64,000 bases of DNA, from the IMG/VR virus record IMGVR_UViG_3300027917_004314, one strand, 5' to 3'. Shown piece by piece: positions 10,267-20,471 of the stretch (position 1 is its first letter; each line of letters begins with the position of its first letter). Below the pieces are notes generated by a model. It saw only the letters and a program-made list of their open reading frames with translations. It was not told the origin of the DNA and ran no database searches. The translations under genes and the position numbers were made by a program. This stretch comes from a virus (taxonomy: Duplodnaviria; Caudoviricetes).

Positions 10267-11217
10267 ATGAAAGTTTATTGCATTATAACAACAGTAGCTT
10301 TTTGTCAGCTATCCTGTCCATTCTGTAGGGCTGGTAATGCACTTAGGAAAGAATATGATTTTGTTAAGCGTGGCAAGATGTCTGCAGAAACATTGACAAA
10401 TATAATGGACAAGGTTCCTTTTACGAAGTGTAACTACCACAATTGGGGAGAACCGCTGCTGCATCCGAACATAGTGGAATTTGTGGAGGAAGGTAAGCGA
10501 AGAAATAAAATGATAGAGCTGCACACCAATATGCAGAAAATGACACCAGAAACGGCCGAAGGCTTTGTTAAGGCGAAAATAGATATAATTTCAGTATCTT
10601 GTGATGGTACGACTCAAGAAGTGTATGAAAAATATCGTGTTGGTGGGAACTTAGAAAAGGTGATTAAGGGCGCAGAGTTACTTGCTCATTTCAAAAAAAA
10701 GCATAACTCAAAGTTTCCACACATCAGGTGGCAAATGGTTGTAAACAAACATAATCAACACCAAGCCGATGAGTTCAAACGCTTTGCATTAAGCCATGGG
10801 GCTAACACTGCGGTATGTGCTGATATGTATTCTCAGACTCCCGAGGGTTGGTTTAAAATTAAGGAGTATGCTACAACCGACAAAAGGTGGAAAGCGGTTA
10901 AAGTAATAGGAACGGTTACAAAATGTAATGAGCCAAATCACCGGTTTGCCGTAGACTGGAATGGTGATGTATATACGTGTTGCAACACAGTAGGGATAGA
11001 AAGTTATAAAATGGGCAACATAAACGAGCAGAGTTTTGAAGAGATTTGGCATGGAGACAAATATGAATATGTTAGAAGGTTTTGTAAAACTGGCAAACCA
11101 GAAGACAATGGTTTCGAAATACAATGCCACGCATGTTTTGACAAATTCCCTAATGATAAGATGAGAAATGGTGATATGTGGGCACGTTGTTTAGCTGCTC
11201 GTAAAAACGCGGAGTAA
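10267..11217 (+). CDS. Radical SAM protein with SPASM/twitch domain
   Basis: CQLSCPFC (CxxxCxxC), NWGEPLLHP, AVDWNGDVYTCC, C-terminal CxxC. Confidence 0.88.
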   Translation: MKVYCIITTVAFCQLSCPFCRAGNALRKEYDFVKRGKMSAETLTNIMDKVPFTKCNYHNWGEPLLHPNIVEFVEEGKRRNKMIELHTNMQKMTPETAEGFVKAKIDIISVSCDGTTQEVYEKYRVGGNLEKVIKGAELLAHFKKKHNSKFPHIRWQMVVNKHNQHQADEFKRFALSHGANTAVCADMYSQTPEGWFKIKEYATTDKRWKAVKVIGTVTKCNEPNHRFAVDWNGDVYTCCNTVGIESYKMGNINEQSFEEIWHGDKYEYVRRFCKTGKPEDNGFEIQCHACFDKFPNDKMRNGDMWARCLAARKNAE

Positions 11218-11219
11218 CA

Positions 11220-12653
11220 ATGGTTTCGGTTATAAAACTGCTTGGTGTGGAAAGGTCTGCCACTACTTACTGTCAGTGGCTAATAGTAAATAATTTTGAT
11301 AATGTAATAGTAACGGTTGCCGCACTGGGTGGTAAACACTATATGTTGCCCGACTATTTCCATACCATTGATTGGGTAGATGGTACAGCTCCGCCACAAA
11401 AGGAGTTGGTCGATAAGGTTATATCTGGGTTAAAACAAGAAATAGGTAAAAATTGGAGTGCCAGGCATGGCATACCATGGGATTGTACTCCAAAACGAGC
11501 AAAAAGCTGTGCACATACTTCTACGCATGCTGAAAAGCATGTTAAAAAGGCTTTGGAGATGTCATCAATCAAATTTGTTTTATGTACTAAAAACCCATAC
11601 AGCTGGTTTCTAAGTTCACTTAGAAGGTTTAAGCCAAAAAATAAAAAACATTCGAGAGAGCGGCTTATAAGAGAAAGGGTCGGCGGTTGGGTCAGGAGAA
11701 ACAAAAAATGGCTGGAATTTTATGAAAAAAATGAACAAGTATCTTTTATTTTTAAATACGAAGATGTGTTGGCCAATCATACAAAAATTCTAACGCAATT
11801 AGAACAAAAATTAAAGTTGACAAAAATCGACGAAAATTACAAAGATGTTGCAAAATATTTCTTGTCATCCGGAAAACTTACAGCAAAGCGCTTTGATAGA
11901 ACATATTATACTAAACAAAAATTTATGGGGGAGTTAAGTCAAAAAGATATTAAAATTTTTGAGGATGTTTTGCCAAAGGATTTAATGGATAAGTTGGGAT
12001 ATGAAATATACCAAGAGTCTGAGGTGGCAAAACGACCGGCACAAAAACAAATAGTAGTGGCAGAGACAAATGAAATAACTAAAGCAACAAAGTCATGGGA
12101 AGAACGCCTGAAAGAAATAAGAAACCATCTTAAAAACGACAAAGTGTCAAATTTTAAACAATGGGGTGTGATTAAGCAGACCATGCTGGTTTCAGAAGCA
12201 AAATATAACGATTTTTTTCAAATTCTAGAGGAACACGTAAAGTGGCCTTCTTACAAACAAATCATTGAGTTCGGAGCCGGATTTGGGTGTTTGTGCAAAA
12301 TGATATTTGAAAATGGATTTGGCGGCACATATTATACCTTTGATTTTCCAGAATTGCTGCAACTTCAAAAACACTATTTAGAAGGGCTTAATGTTAAGTT
12401 TACAAATAATTTTCATGAATTGCCAACTATACAAGATGACTCTTTGTTTATATCCGTTAACGCGTTAGAAGAGGCTCCTCAAAATGTTAGCAAGCGCATG
12501 TTTGAATACATCATGGATTGCAGAGATTTTATATTTAAGTTCTGTGCCGGCTCGCGTCAATTTTCAAATTTCTCTAACAGTGTCGATAGGGAATGGATAA
12601 GCATAAAAAATTTCGCGAATCGCGCACATATATTAATAGGCAAGAGGAAATAA
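11220..12653 (+). CDS. Sulfotransferase-like domain fused to a putative sugar O-methyltransferase domain
   Basis: GVERSATT (GxxRSGT-like), KNPYSWFLS, KYEDV; C-terminal IIEFGAGFG...FDFPELLQLQKHYL. Confidence 0.65.
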   Translation: MVSVIKLLGVERSATTYCQWLIVNNFDNVIVTVAALGGKHYMLPDYFHTIDWVDGTAPPQKELVDKVISGLKQEIGKNWSARHGIPWDCTPKRAKSCAHTSTHAEKHVKKALEMSSIKFVLCTKNPYSWFLSSLRRFKPKNKKHSRERLIRERVGGWVRRNKKWLEFYEKNEQVSFIFKYEDVLANHTKILTQLEQKLKLTKIDENYKDVAKYFLSSGKLTAKRFDRTYYTKQKFMGELSQKDIKIFEDVLPKDLMDKLGYEIYQESEVAKRPAQKQIVVAETNEITKATKSWEERLKEIRNHLKNDKVSNFKQWGVIKQTMLVSEAKYNDFFQILEEHVKWPSYKQIIEFGAGFGCLCKMIFENGFGGTYYTFDFPELLQLQKHYLEGLNVKFTNNFHELPTIQDDSLFISVNALEEAPQNVSKRMFEYIMDCRDFIFKFCAGSRQFSNFSNSVDREWISIKNFANRAHILIGKRK

Positions 12654-13925
12654 ATGAAAAATATTGAAAGGCTGCGCGGTGTAATAGATCTATTTCTTGA
12701 AAATTCAGAGCGTATAAATAGCAAAAAAGAACATAAATATTGGTATCCGCTTAGCATGGCTGTGTATGGTGTGGATGAAATTTTAGAGGCGTTAGATTCT
12801 ATGTGTTCATTTCGCACCACAATGTGGGAAAAAACTGAGCAGTTTGAGAAAATGTTTGCACAATATATTGGGTGTGCTGAAGCTGTTATGGTAAACAGTG
12901 GTTCTTCGGCTGACCTTATATTGACACACCTATTAAGAAAAAAGGTTGGCAGCGATTCAGATAAAAACGCTGTTATAATGCCAGCTGTGACTTGGCCCAC
13001 TCAAATTTGGTCTACCATAAATGCTGGATTTGATGTACGACTAGTGGATATTGATCCAATAACATTAAATATTTGTTATGCTGAGCTGGAAAAAGCTGTG
13101 GACGATCGCACAGCTGCAATATTTTTGGTGCATTTAATGGGCAACCCGTGTGACGCTGATAGAGTTAAGAGTATAATAGGTGACAGAGACATAGAAATAT
13201 TAGAGGACTGTTGTGAGTCGTTAGGGGCGACCATATGTGGTAAACACACTGGAAATTTTGGTTTTGGTGGCTCATATTCTTTTTTCTTTTCTCACCATAT
13301 GACGACCATGGAAGGTGGTATGATTGTCCTCAACTCGCCAGAATTGGCTGCGCAGGCACGCATAATGAGGGCTCATGGATGGACGAGGAACGTTGAATTT
13401 AGTGGTTACGGGGACATAGATCCAAGATACACTTTTGTAGATGATGGATTTAACCTCAGACCCACAGAATTACAGGCTGCTTTTGGACTGCACCAGTTGA
13501 AGAAACTGGGCGATTTTAATAGGAAAAGAGAGATTTTATCTACTAAATTTTTTGCATATATAAGTAGAAAAAAATGGGTGCATTGTCCTATTAGCTTCGG
13601 CCAACCATCTTGGTTAGGATTACCAATTATAGTAAAGCGTAATGCTCCTTTTTCCAGAAATGAGATGGTACGATATCTTGAGTCGCAGGGAATTGAGACC
13701 AGGCCTATTGTTGCTGGGAACTTGATGCGTCACCCAGTAGCTTCAAAAGTAAAAATGGAAATATTTGGTACACTTGATGGCGCAGACAGGATTCATGATT
13801 GCGGATTTTATATCGGATTATCACCAATGTTTGAGGAACACCACATCGATAGGCTCACGGAAATATTTGATGCTTATTTAAGAGTTTATGGAGACGGAGA
13901 GTATGATATCAGGACCACATATTGA
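12654..13925 (+). CDS. colD: DegT-fold PLP enzyme of the ColD type (GDP-4-keto-6-deoxymannose 3-dehydratase-like)
   Basis: SFFFSHHMTTMEGG has His where aminotransferases have the Schiff-base Lys; IIGDRDIEILEDCCESLGAT and RAHGWTRN resemble ColD. Confidence 0.75.
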   Translation: MKNIERLRGVIDLFLENSERINSKKEHKYWYPLSMAVYGVDEILEALDSMCSFRTTMWEKTEQFEKMFAQYIGCAEAVMVNSGSSADLILTHLLRKKVGSDSDKNAVIMPAVTWPTQIWSTINAGFDVRLVDIDPITLNICYAELEKAVDDRTAAIFLVHLMGNPCDADRVKSIIGDRDIEILEDCCESLGATICGKHTGNFGFGGSYSFFFSHHMTTMEGGMIVLNSPELAAQARIMRAHGWTRNVEFSGYGDIDPRYTFVDDGFNLRPTELQAAFGLHQLKKLGDFNRKREILSTKFFAYISRKKWVHCPISFGQPSWLGLPIIVKRNAPFSRNEMVRYLESQGIETRPIVAGNLMRHPVASKVKMEIFGTLDGADRIHDCGFYIGLSPMFEEHHIDRLTEIFDAYLRVYGDGEYDIRTTY

Positions 13926-14619
13926 TGATTTGCCGACTGATGATGGCATGGAAAATAAAACTGTCGTACTGATGATAACATGTAGGCGCTACGAACAAGC
14001 TTGGGATCCGTTTGTAACGTTGTTTAAAAGGTATTGGCCAGATTGCCCATATAGATTTGTGGTCGGTACAGACTTTGGTACGATAGACGGCGTAGAGACA
14101 ATTACTATAGGAAAAGATTTGGGTTGGTCAGATAATTGCATTTATCTACTTGAGCAGTTAGAAGAAGAAAGGGTTATCTTATTTTTCGAAGATTTTTTAC
14201 CTATGGCACCATTTAATACTGAACGTATAAGAAAATTGGTCCGGCACTCGTATGACCACGATATTGGCTGTCTGCGGCTAGCACCTTGTCCAGGTCCTAC
14301 GGCACCATGGGACAAAACAAAATCGCTTGGCGTATTACAACCACAGGACCCGTACAGGCTATCTTTGCAAACAGCGTTGTGGAAAAGAACTCTTTTGTTA
14401 GATTTACTGCAGCCTGGAGAAACTGGGTGGGCCACTGAAGTAAAGGGTACGGTTAGAGCCAGCAAGCGAACCGAGCCTTTTGTTAGCGTGTGGAGAGGAG
14501 AATCTCCGACTCCATATTATATTACTGCAATAGTCAAAGGTGTGTGGCAAGACAAAGCATTAGAAATGCTAGCTAAGGAAAAGATACCTATGGATAAAAT
14601 TACTAAAAGAATTAAATAG
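13903..14619 (+). CDS. Hypothetical protein, probable GT-A-like enzyme of polysaccharide clusters
   Basis: ILFFEDF, LQTALWKR...GETGWATE pattern; GGAG before ATG 13903 (track 13888). Confidence 0.5.
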   Translation: MISGPHIDDLPTDDGMENKTVVLMITCRRYEQAWDPFVTLFKRYWPDCPYRFVVGTDFGTIDGVETITIGKDLGWSDNCIYLLEQLEEERVILFFEDFLPMAPFNTERIRKLVRHSYDHDIGCLRLAPCPGPTAPWDKTKSLGVLQPQDPYRLSLQTALWKRTLLLDLLQPGETGWATEVKGTVRASKRTEPFVSVWRGESPTPYYITAIVKGVWQDKALEMLAKEKIPMDKITKRIK

Positions 14620-14627
14620 AGGTATGT

Positions 14628-15560
14628 ATGTCTGGCAAACTAGCGTCTATACTTATTCCAACGCGTAATCGATTTGATAGCTTACTTAAAGCTATCAACT
14701 CTATCGTGAACACCACCAAAGATTTGTCTAGAGTAGAAATTCTAATTAGATTTGATGAAGACGATGAAAGTTCAATCTCTAGAATAAAAGAGTTGCCAAC
14801 AGATGAAATCGATATTAATATAATAATCGGTAAACGATACAAATATGAAGAGTTGCACCGATATGTTAATGAGATGTGTGAGGAAACGAAGGGAGAATTT
14901 ATAGTTTGGTTTAACGACGATTGTATTATACAAAGCAATGGCTGGGATGACATCATTGCAGAATATATAGGGAAAACAATTTGTTTTTATCCCAACAATA
15001 AAAAAACTGGGTCCGGGAATATTTTCCCGATAATAAGCAGAAAAATTTATGAAACGTTGGGGCATTTCTCTTTATCTCAGCAGGTGGATACTTGGCAGGC
15101 ACATGTGTGTAATAAAGCTGGTCTGGAAATTAGAAGAGATGATCTTGTATTTATACATAATAGAAAACAATCATATGTGTCAGATGAAAACAGACAATCG
15201 ATTCTAAACAAAACACGTCGAGTATGGAACAAAACCAAGAAGAAACGACTGGAAGATGTGGAAAAATTGAAAAAGAAATTTGGAAGGGCAGAAAAACCAG
15301 CGGCAGATAAAAAGAAAAAAACTGCAGATAAAAAGAAAGTTGATCAAAAAACGACAAAAGCACAGAAAAAGGTTGAAGATGCAAGAAAAGCCGCAAGAGC
15401 GGCTCGCTGGAGAAAAGATGTAGCAAGAAAAGAAGCTGCAAAGAAGAAAGCTGAAGAGACGGAAAAAATAGAAGAAGCTAAAAAGGCTGCTCGTGCGGAG
15501 AGATGGAAAAAAGCCGCCGCTAAAAAGGAAGCTGAGGCGGCAAGAAAAAAGAAGAAATAG
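14628..15560 (+). CDS. GT2-like glycosyltransferase with a Lys/Ala-rich C-terminal tail
   Basis: SILIPTRNR, RFDEDD, WFNDDC; last ~90 aa are K/A/E/R-rich with a repeated KAARAxRWxK unit. Confidence 0.75.
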   Translation: MSGKLASILIPTRNRFDSLLKAINSIVNTTKDLSRVEILIRFDEDDESSISRIKELPTDEIDINIIIGKRYKYEELHRYVNEMCEETKGEFIVWFNDDCIIQSNGWDDIIAEYIGKTICFYPNNKKTGSGNIFPIISRKIYETLGHFSLSQQVDTWQAHVCNKAGLEIRRDDLVFIHNRKQSYVSDENRQSILNKTRRVWNKTKKKRLEDVEKLKKKFGRAEKPAADKKKKTADKKKVDQKTTKAQKKVEDARKAARAARWRKDVARKEAAKKKAEETEKIEEAKKAARAERWKKAAAKKEAEAARKKKK

Positions 15561-15570
15561 GGGCAAACAG

Positions 15571-16416
15571 ATGAGATATTTAATCTTAGGTTCAGAGGGA
15601 CAGATAGGTAAACACTTAGTTCAATATGTGCGTCGACAAGGGCACGAAGCCATTGAATACGATATTAGGAGAGACAGACATCAAGACCTAAGACTGTTCG
15701 GGCATGAGAGAGATAGAAAACGACACATCTTAGAAAAAAGTGTTGCAAACTGTGACTTTATATTCTTTTTGGCGTGGGATGTTGGCGGGAGTAAATATCT
15801 CTCTGGTGCAGAGTCGTCATTTGGTTTTATCCATAATAATACGGCAATAATGAATGAGACATTTTTCATGCTCAAAAAATACAAAAAGCCATTCATATTT
15901 ACATCTAGCCAGATGGCAGCGATGGCACATTCGCCCTATGGCAACACTAAACTGGTAGGAGAAAGATTTACTAGAACGCTTAATGGCATATTTGTCAGAT
16001 TATGGAATGTGTATGGATACGAAAAAAAGGTAGATGAAAGATCACATGTAATTACCGATTTTGTTAACATGGCTTTAAACGACAGTATAATTAAGATGCG
16101 AACAGATGGTGCTGAGACCAGACAATTTTTGTACGTAGAAGATTGTTGCGAGGCCTTGTTTGTTTTAAGTAATTTATATGACGAAATGCCAAGGTGCAAT
16201 GAATTTCATGTTTCAAGTTACGAATGGACCTCCATAGAAAAAATTGCTGAAATAGTATCTACACTATGTAGTTGTAAATATATTAAAGGAATTTCAAAAG
16301 ACGACGTACAAATGGCTATCCAGCACGACCCAAACAAAAATATTTTAGAATACTGGAAACCTAAAATTTCAATTGTTGAGGGAATCAGTTGCATTATCAA
16401 AAAAATGAAAGGTTAA
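15571..16416 (+). CDS. NAD-dependent epimerase/dehydratase (extended SDR)
   Basis: ILGSEGQIG, YGNTK (YxxxK), NVYG, RQFLYVEDC; track start 15493 overlaps the previous gene. Confidence 0.85.
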   Translation: MRYLILGSEGQIGKHLVQYVRRQGHEAIEYDIRRDRHQDLRLFGHERDRKRHILEKSVANCDFIFFLAWDVGGSKYLSGAESSFGFIHNNTAIMNETFFMLKKYKKPFIFTSSQMAAMAHSPYGNTKLVGERFTRTLNGIFVRLWNVYGYEKKVDERSHVITDFVNMALNDSIIKMRTDGAETRQFLYVEDCCEALFVLSNLYDEMPRCNEFHVSSYEWTSIEKIAEIVSTLCSCKYIKGISKDDVQMAIQHDPNKNILEYWKPKISIVEGISCIIKKMKG

Positions 16417-17108
16417 CTGGGCTAATAGAAAATAAACGTGTAGTTTTGGTGGGTCCTGCACAATATTTGGTTGGTAGGGGTTTAGGCAACGCAATAAACG
16501 AATATGATACCGTATGTAGGGTGAACTATATGGCGCCGTCTAATTTTGTTTCAGATTATGGCAACAGAACTGATATAATGTTTTACAATTGTGCTACTTT
16601 AAGCTTGGAACAAATGGAGCAGCATTTTGAAAAATACCCCGATTTCACTGAAAATCTTAAACTTACAGTATGTCCAGTAGTTAAGGGGTTAGGGCCTGAC
16701 AAGTGGACGGAATGGCCTTCAGATTATATAGCACCGGTTGTCACAAATTTTAATAGCATAAATAAATATGGAATTGATTTTCATTGGATTGGAATGTCAA
16801 ACTATAGATATTTATTTGATGTAATAAACTGTCGTGAGCCTAGTTCTGGACCATTATCGATGAAGATAATATTAGAACACAACCCTAAAGAATTTTTTAT
16901 CACTGGGATAACCTTTTATCTTGATGGAATTGAAAATTCGTATTTTAAAGATTATGCTACAGAAGCGAATGGGTATCGTGGCCCAGGTCATCCACAAAAA
17001 AAACAAATAGAATTTTTTAAAAAATGTGTCCTTAGAAAAAATGTGAAAATTGACTCACATTTAAATAGCTTATTAAAAATAAAACATAGTAACGTAAAAA
17101 TCATATAA
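16389..17108 (+). CDS. GT29 sialyltransferase-like protein
   Basis: VVLVGPA...GLGNAINEYDTVCRVN...YGNRTD resembles sialylmotif L; PSSGPLSMKIIL...ITGITFY resembles motif S; GAGGG RBS before TTG. Confidence 0.65.
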   Translation: MHYQKNERLTGLIENKRVVLVGPAQYLVGRGLGNAINEYDTVCRVNYMAPSNFVSDYGNRTDIMFYNCATLSLEQMEQHFEKYPDFTENLKLTVCPVVKGLGPDKWTEWPSDYIAPVVTNFNSINKYGIDFHWIGMSNYRYLFDVINCREPSSGPLSMKIILEHNPKEFFITGITFYLDGIENSYFKDYATEANGYRGPGHPQKKQIEFFKKCVLRKNVKIDSHLNSLLKIKHSNVKII

Positions 17109-17126
17109 AGTTGGGGGTGGCATAAA

Positions 17127-17720
17127 ATGGATTTCAGCGTAAACTATTTGATCGATAAAACAATTAACGGAACGGGAGATATTGATGCCCACCTAATGAC
17201 ATTGTTTTCGCTTGCTTTGAGCATAAAAGCAAAAAATATGGTTGAATTGGGCGTGCGGCTCGGTCATACCACAACTCCTCTATTACTAGCAGCTCAAAAA
17301 CTAAATGCAAAGCTTTATTCTGTTGATATTTTAAATCGGGTGTGGGACATTCCTTTCCCAGAAGAGTTGACGAGACACTGGGAGTTCCACGAAAAAGATT
17401 CCGTTAAATTTTTAAATCAATGGGACAAGAACACACCCATTGATTTAATTTTAATAGACGATTTACACACCTACGAACACGTCGCCCAAGAGCTTAAAAT
17501 AATAAGAGATTTGGTTACTCCGAGTAGCATTGTATTATTACACGACTTAATGTATGCCAATTGGGAACCAAAATATCATACGGACAGAGTAGCCACAGGT
17601 CAGTGGGCTAATGGTGGTCCCTATAGAGCCGTAAGCGAGCTGGATAAAGAACTTTGGGAATTTTCTACAATCCCCTCTTGTAACGGCCTAACGATTTTAC
17701 GGAAAAGGGGTGATAAATGA
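17127..17720 (+). CDS. Class I SAM methyltransferase (Methyltransf_24-like)
   Basis: VELGVRLG, LILIDDLHTYEHV, LLHD. Confidence 0.8.
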   Translation: MDFSVNYLIDKTINGTGDIDAHLMTLFSLALSIKAKNMVELGVRLGHTTTPLLLAAQKLNAKLYSVDILNRVWDIPFPEELTRHWEFHEKDSVKFLNQWDKNTPIDLILIDDLHTYEHVAQELKIIRDLVTPSSIVLLHDLMYANWEPKYHTDRVATGQWANGGPYRAVSELDKELWEFSTIPSCNGLTILRKRGDK

Positions 17721-18766
17721 ATTTTGATATTCTGCGAAAACACAATGAAATGCCAGGAGCTAAAAAAGTGTTTTTTGTACCCATAAATACTGGGCAATTA
17801 GATCTATATGAGGGGTTTATGGCCAATGGTTTCGAATTATATTCATTAAATTTTGGCGGTATTAAAGGTTGGAGCGAGAGTGTTTATATGAAACGCCGGG
17901 GTGAGATGGATAGTGTTTTCTTAAAAGCATGTGACGACATCAGACCAGATTGGGTTTATATGATGTTAGACAGTGCCCGTCTTTCTCCTGGTGCTATCAA
18001 AAAGGCTAAAAAAATATTGCCAAACGCTATATTTACGAATTGGACCGGAGATGTGAGAAGAGAACCAAAGCCATTTGTTGTAGAGCTTGGAAAAATTGTC
18101 GATATTACCTTAATTGTGAGCACAGGTCAATTGGAACAGTATAGACGCCATGGTTTAAATCGTGTGGAATTTTTGCAAGCCGGGATAGATACTGGTAAAT
18201 TTTTCCGTATGTCTGAAAAAGAGAGAGAAGTTCTAAGAAAAGAACTGAAACACGATGTGGTATTTTGTGCTCATAATACCACAGCTCATCCTGGTTCTGC
18301 ACAAAGAAACGAAATTGGCATCAAATTATCTAAACTTTATGGTAGTCGTTGTGCTCTATATGGTGGGGGTTGGAAAAAATGTAAGGCAAGTGCTCGCGGA
18401 CCTATTCCATATTTTGACCAGAATAAAGTGTATAACGGATCAAAAATTGTTATTAGTATAAACAATTATAATGATATAGAAATGTACTTCTCTGCAAGAC
18501 AGTTGGCAGCTATGGGTTCTGGAACCATAACAGTTTCTCGTTATATCCCCGGCTTAGAAAAATATTTCGATAACGGGCACGATTTGGTGTGGTTTACAAC
18601 TACCGATGAATGCATGAAACTCGTTGATTACTATTTAAAAAACGAAGATGAAGCTCGCCAAATTGGAATTAACGGTGCTAAAAAAATACAAGAATGTCAT
18701 TCTAGGGTAGAGTTTGTTAGAAAAATAGCAACGCAACTGGGTTTTCTGGGACAGAAGGAACTCTAA
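17717..18766 (+). CDS. CgeB-like glycosyltransferase (Glyco_trans_1_2-type C-terminus)
   Basis: KIVISIN...SARQLAAMGSG...YIPGLEKYFDNG...YYLKNEDEARQIG. Confidence 0.75.
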   Translation: MNFDILRKHNEMPGAKKVFFVPINTGQLDLYEGFMANGFELYSLNFGGIKGWSESVYMKRRGEMDSVFLKACDDIRPDWVYMMLDSARLSPGAIKKAKKILPNAIFTNWTGDVRREPKPFVVELGKIVDITLIVSTGQLEQYRRHGLNRVEFLQAGIDTGKFFRMSEKEREVLRKELKHDVVFCAHNTTAHPGSAQRNEIGIKLSKLYGSRCALYGGGWKKCKASARGPIPYFDQNKVYNGSKIVISINNYNDIEMYFSARQLAAMGSGTITVSRYIPGLEKYFDNGHDLVWFTTTDECMKLVDYYLKNEDEARQIGINGAKKIQECHSRVEFVRKIATQLGFLGQKEL

Positions 18767-19698
18767 TGTTAGACTTAATTATTTTTATAGTAAGCGATGG
18801 CCCACACGCAACGCCAGATATTTTAACGAAAACAGTTTCATCAATAGAGAGTACTATCGGATTGGTTGAGTATAAATATTATTTAGTGTTGAGCGCACAA
18901 CAGGAAAAAGTAATCTTAAAAATGATCAAAACGGGAACGCTAAATAAAGAAAAAATTTTAAAGATTAAAAAATCTATAGGTTCGTGGGCACATGAATATA
19001 ACCAGTTTTTTGATTCGTGTAAAAAATTAACAAAATATATCCTTTATTCCCACGATGATTTAATTATAAGAACAAAAGATTTTTTTAATACTACTATGAG
19101 ATTAATTGCTGGAAAAGAAAAAGAGATAGGGTGGATCACTTTTACTGGTGATTTTTACTATCGTATTTTGGGGAGACCCTGGGCTGTTTCGGCTAGACCA
19201 GGATTTCATACGGACAAAGATAAATGGCCTTATCTTTTTGAATGCCACCGGTTTAATGACTCTCATAGGGGCAAATCCAAAGAAAACCTACACCTGTTAG
19301 ATATGCCAAAATCAGGAAAACTTGTTAAAATTCACGCGCCGTATATGCACTTTAATATCGTAAGCGTTGAGTCGATGGAAATAATAGGTCCCTGCGAAGA
19401 GTGGACATTATATCCGCACTTGAACGATGAAGATTGGGGGCTTGAGGCTCTTAAGAAAAATTTATGGAATATATGGATTCCTGATGTTTATTATACTCAT
19501 CCAATCAATTTTCACAAACGTAAAGGTGGCAACCGCTGGACGGAAGAGGCTCATGCCGGATTTATTAAAAAATGGGGTTTTGATGAAGGTACAAATAATC
19601 CTACTGCTGTACAAATTGAAGAAATAAAAGCAGAACACAAAAACAACCTGATCCCTTGGTCGTTGAATTATAATACATATGATTGGCAATACTTATGA
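18766..19698 (+). CDS. GT2-like glycosyltransferase
   Basis: YSHDD, DEDWG, YYTH motifs; cluster context. Confidence 0.6.
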   Translation: MLDLIIFIVSDGPHATPDILTKTVSSIESTIGLVEYKYYLVLSAQQEKVILKMIKTGTLNKEKILKIKKSIGSWAHEYNQFFDSCKKLTKYILYSHDDLIIRTKDFFNTTMRLIAGKEKEIGWITFTGDFYYRILGRPWAVSARPGFHTDKDKWPYLFECHRFNDSHRGKSKENLHLLDMPKSGKLVKIHAPYMHFNIVSVESMEIIGPCEEWTLYPHLNDEDWGLEALKKNLWNIWIPDVYYTHPINFHKRKGGNRWTEEAHAGFIKKWGFDEGTNNPTAVQIEEIKAEHKNNLIPWSLNYNTYDWQYL

Positions 19699-20471
19699 CA
19701 AAGAAAATTTCCACTATGGATGACTATAAATGCGGAGCAATAAACGATGGCATTCAAAACATTGCCTATGCGACAGAATATCATAACAGAAGGAAAGATC
19801 AGAGAAGGTCGTTTTCGTTGAATTTACTATCTCGTATCGGATTTTTGTCAAAAAACATGAATTTTATATCTTTATGTTGTGGATTTGCCGGCGAAGAGTC
19901 TTTGTTGGTGCCACACTTCGCAAACACGGTATTATTGGACCAGCATCCAAAAACTATTGATTTGACCAAACAAATATACACAGCCTTCTGTTTGACTGAA
20001 AGGGTGGAATTTATTGCTAAGAGTGTTCAGGAATATGTCCCGGAAAAGAAATTTAATATAATTTATACTTCTAGCCCATCTGATTGGATGAAAAACCCAG
20101 TAGGACCAATGCCTGAGCACTATGCGAATTTTATATCAAAGCACCTACATAATTGTGGAGTTTTCATTGCAAGACTTTATGGTGGTTCATATACTCATAA
20201 TGGAAACAAAGAACATCTAAATGATGAAAATTTTTGTAGCGATATGAATGAATACATTAGTAAATACGGACTAGAGATAATTGAATGGGAAGTTTGTCCT
20301 GAGCGCATAGAATCGAATGTTTTAATAATCGGGAAGTCAGCTGCACTGCCGATAATAAAATTTGATCAATTAGATAGTGGTGTAAGCTCTTGGACGCAGC
20401 CAAAACCCGCCCATTTTGCGTTGAGATCTGCTCACTCTATCCTTAAACAACAAGGGGATTTAGAAAAATGA
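19695..20471 (+). CDS. Putative SAM-dependent methyltransferase
   Basis: FISLCCGFAGEE resembles motif I, LLDQ, FNIIY; ATGA overlap start. Confidence 0.5.
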   Translation: MTKKISTMDDYKCGAINDGIQNIAYATEYHNRRKDQRRSFSLNLLSRIGFLSKNMNFISLCCGFAGEESLLVPHFANTVLLDQHPKTIDLTKQIYTAFCLTERVEFIAKSVQEYVPEKKFNIIYTSSPSDWMKNPVGPMPEHYANFISKHLHNCGVFIARLYGGSYTHNGNKEHLNDENFCSDMNEYISKYGLEIIEWEVCPERIESNVLIIGKSAALPIIKFDQLDSGVSSWTQPKPAHFALRSAHSILKQQGDLEK

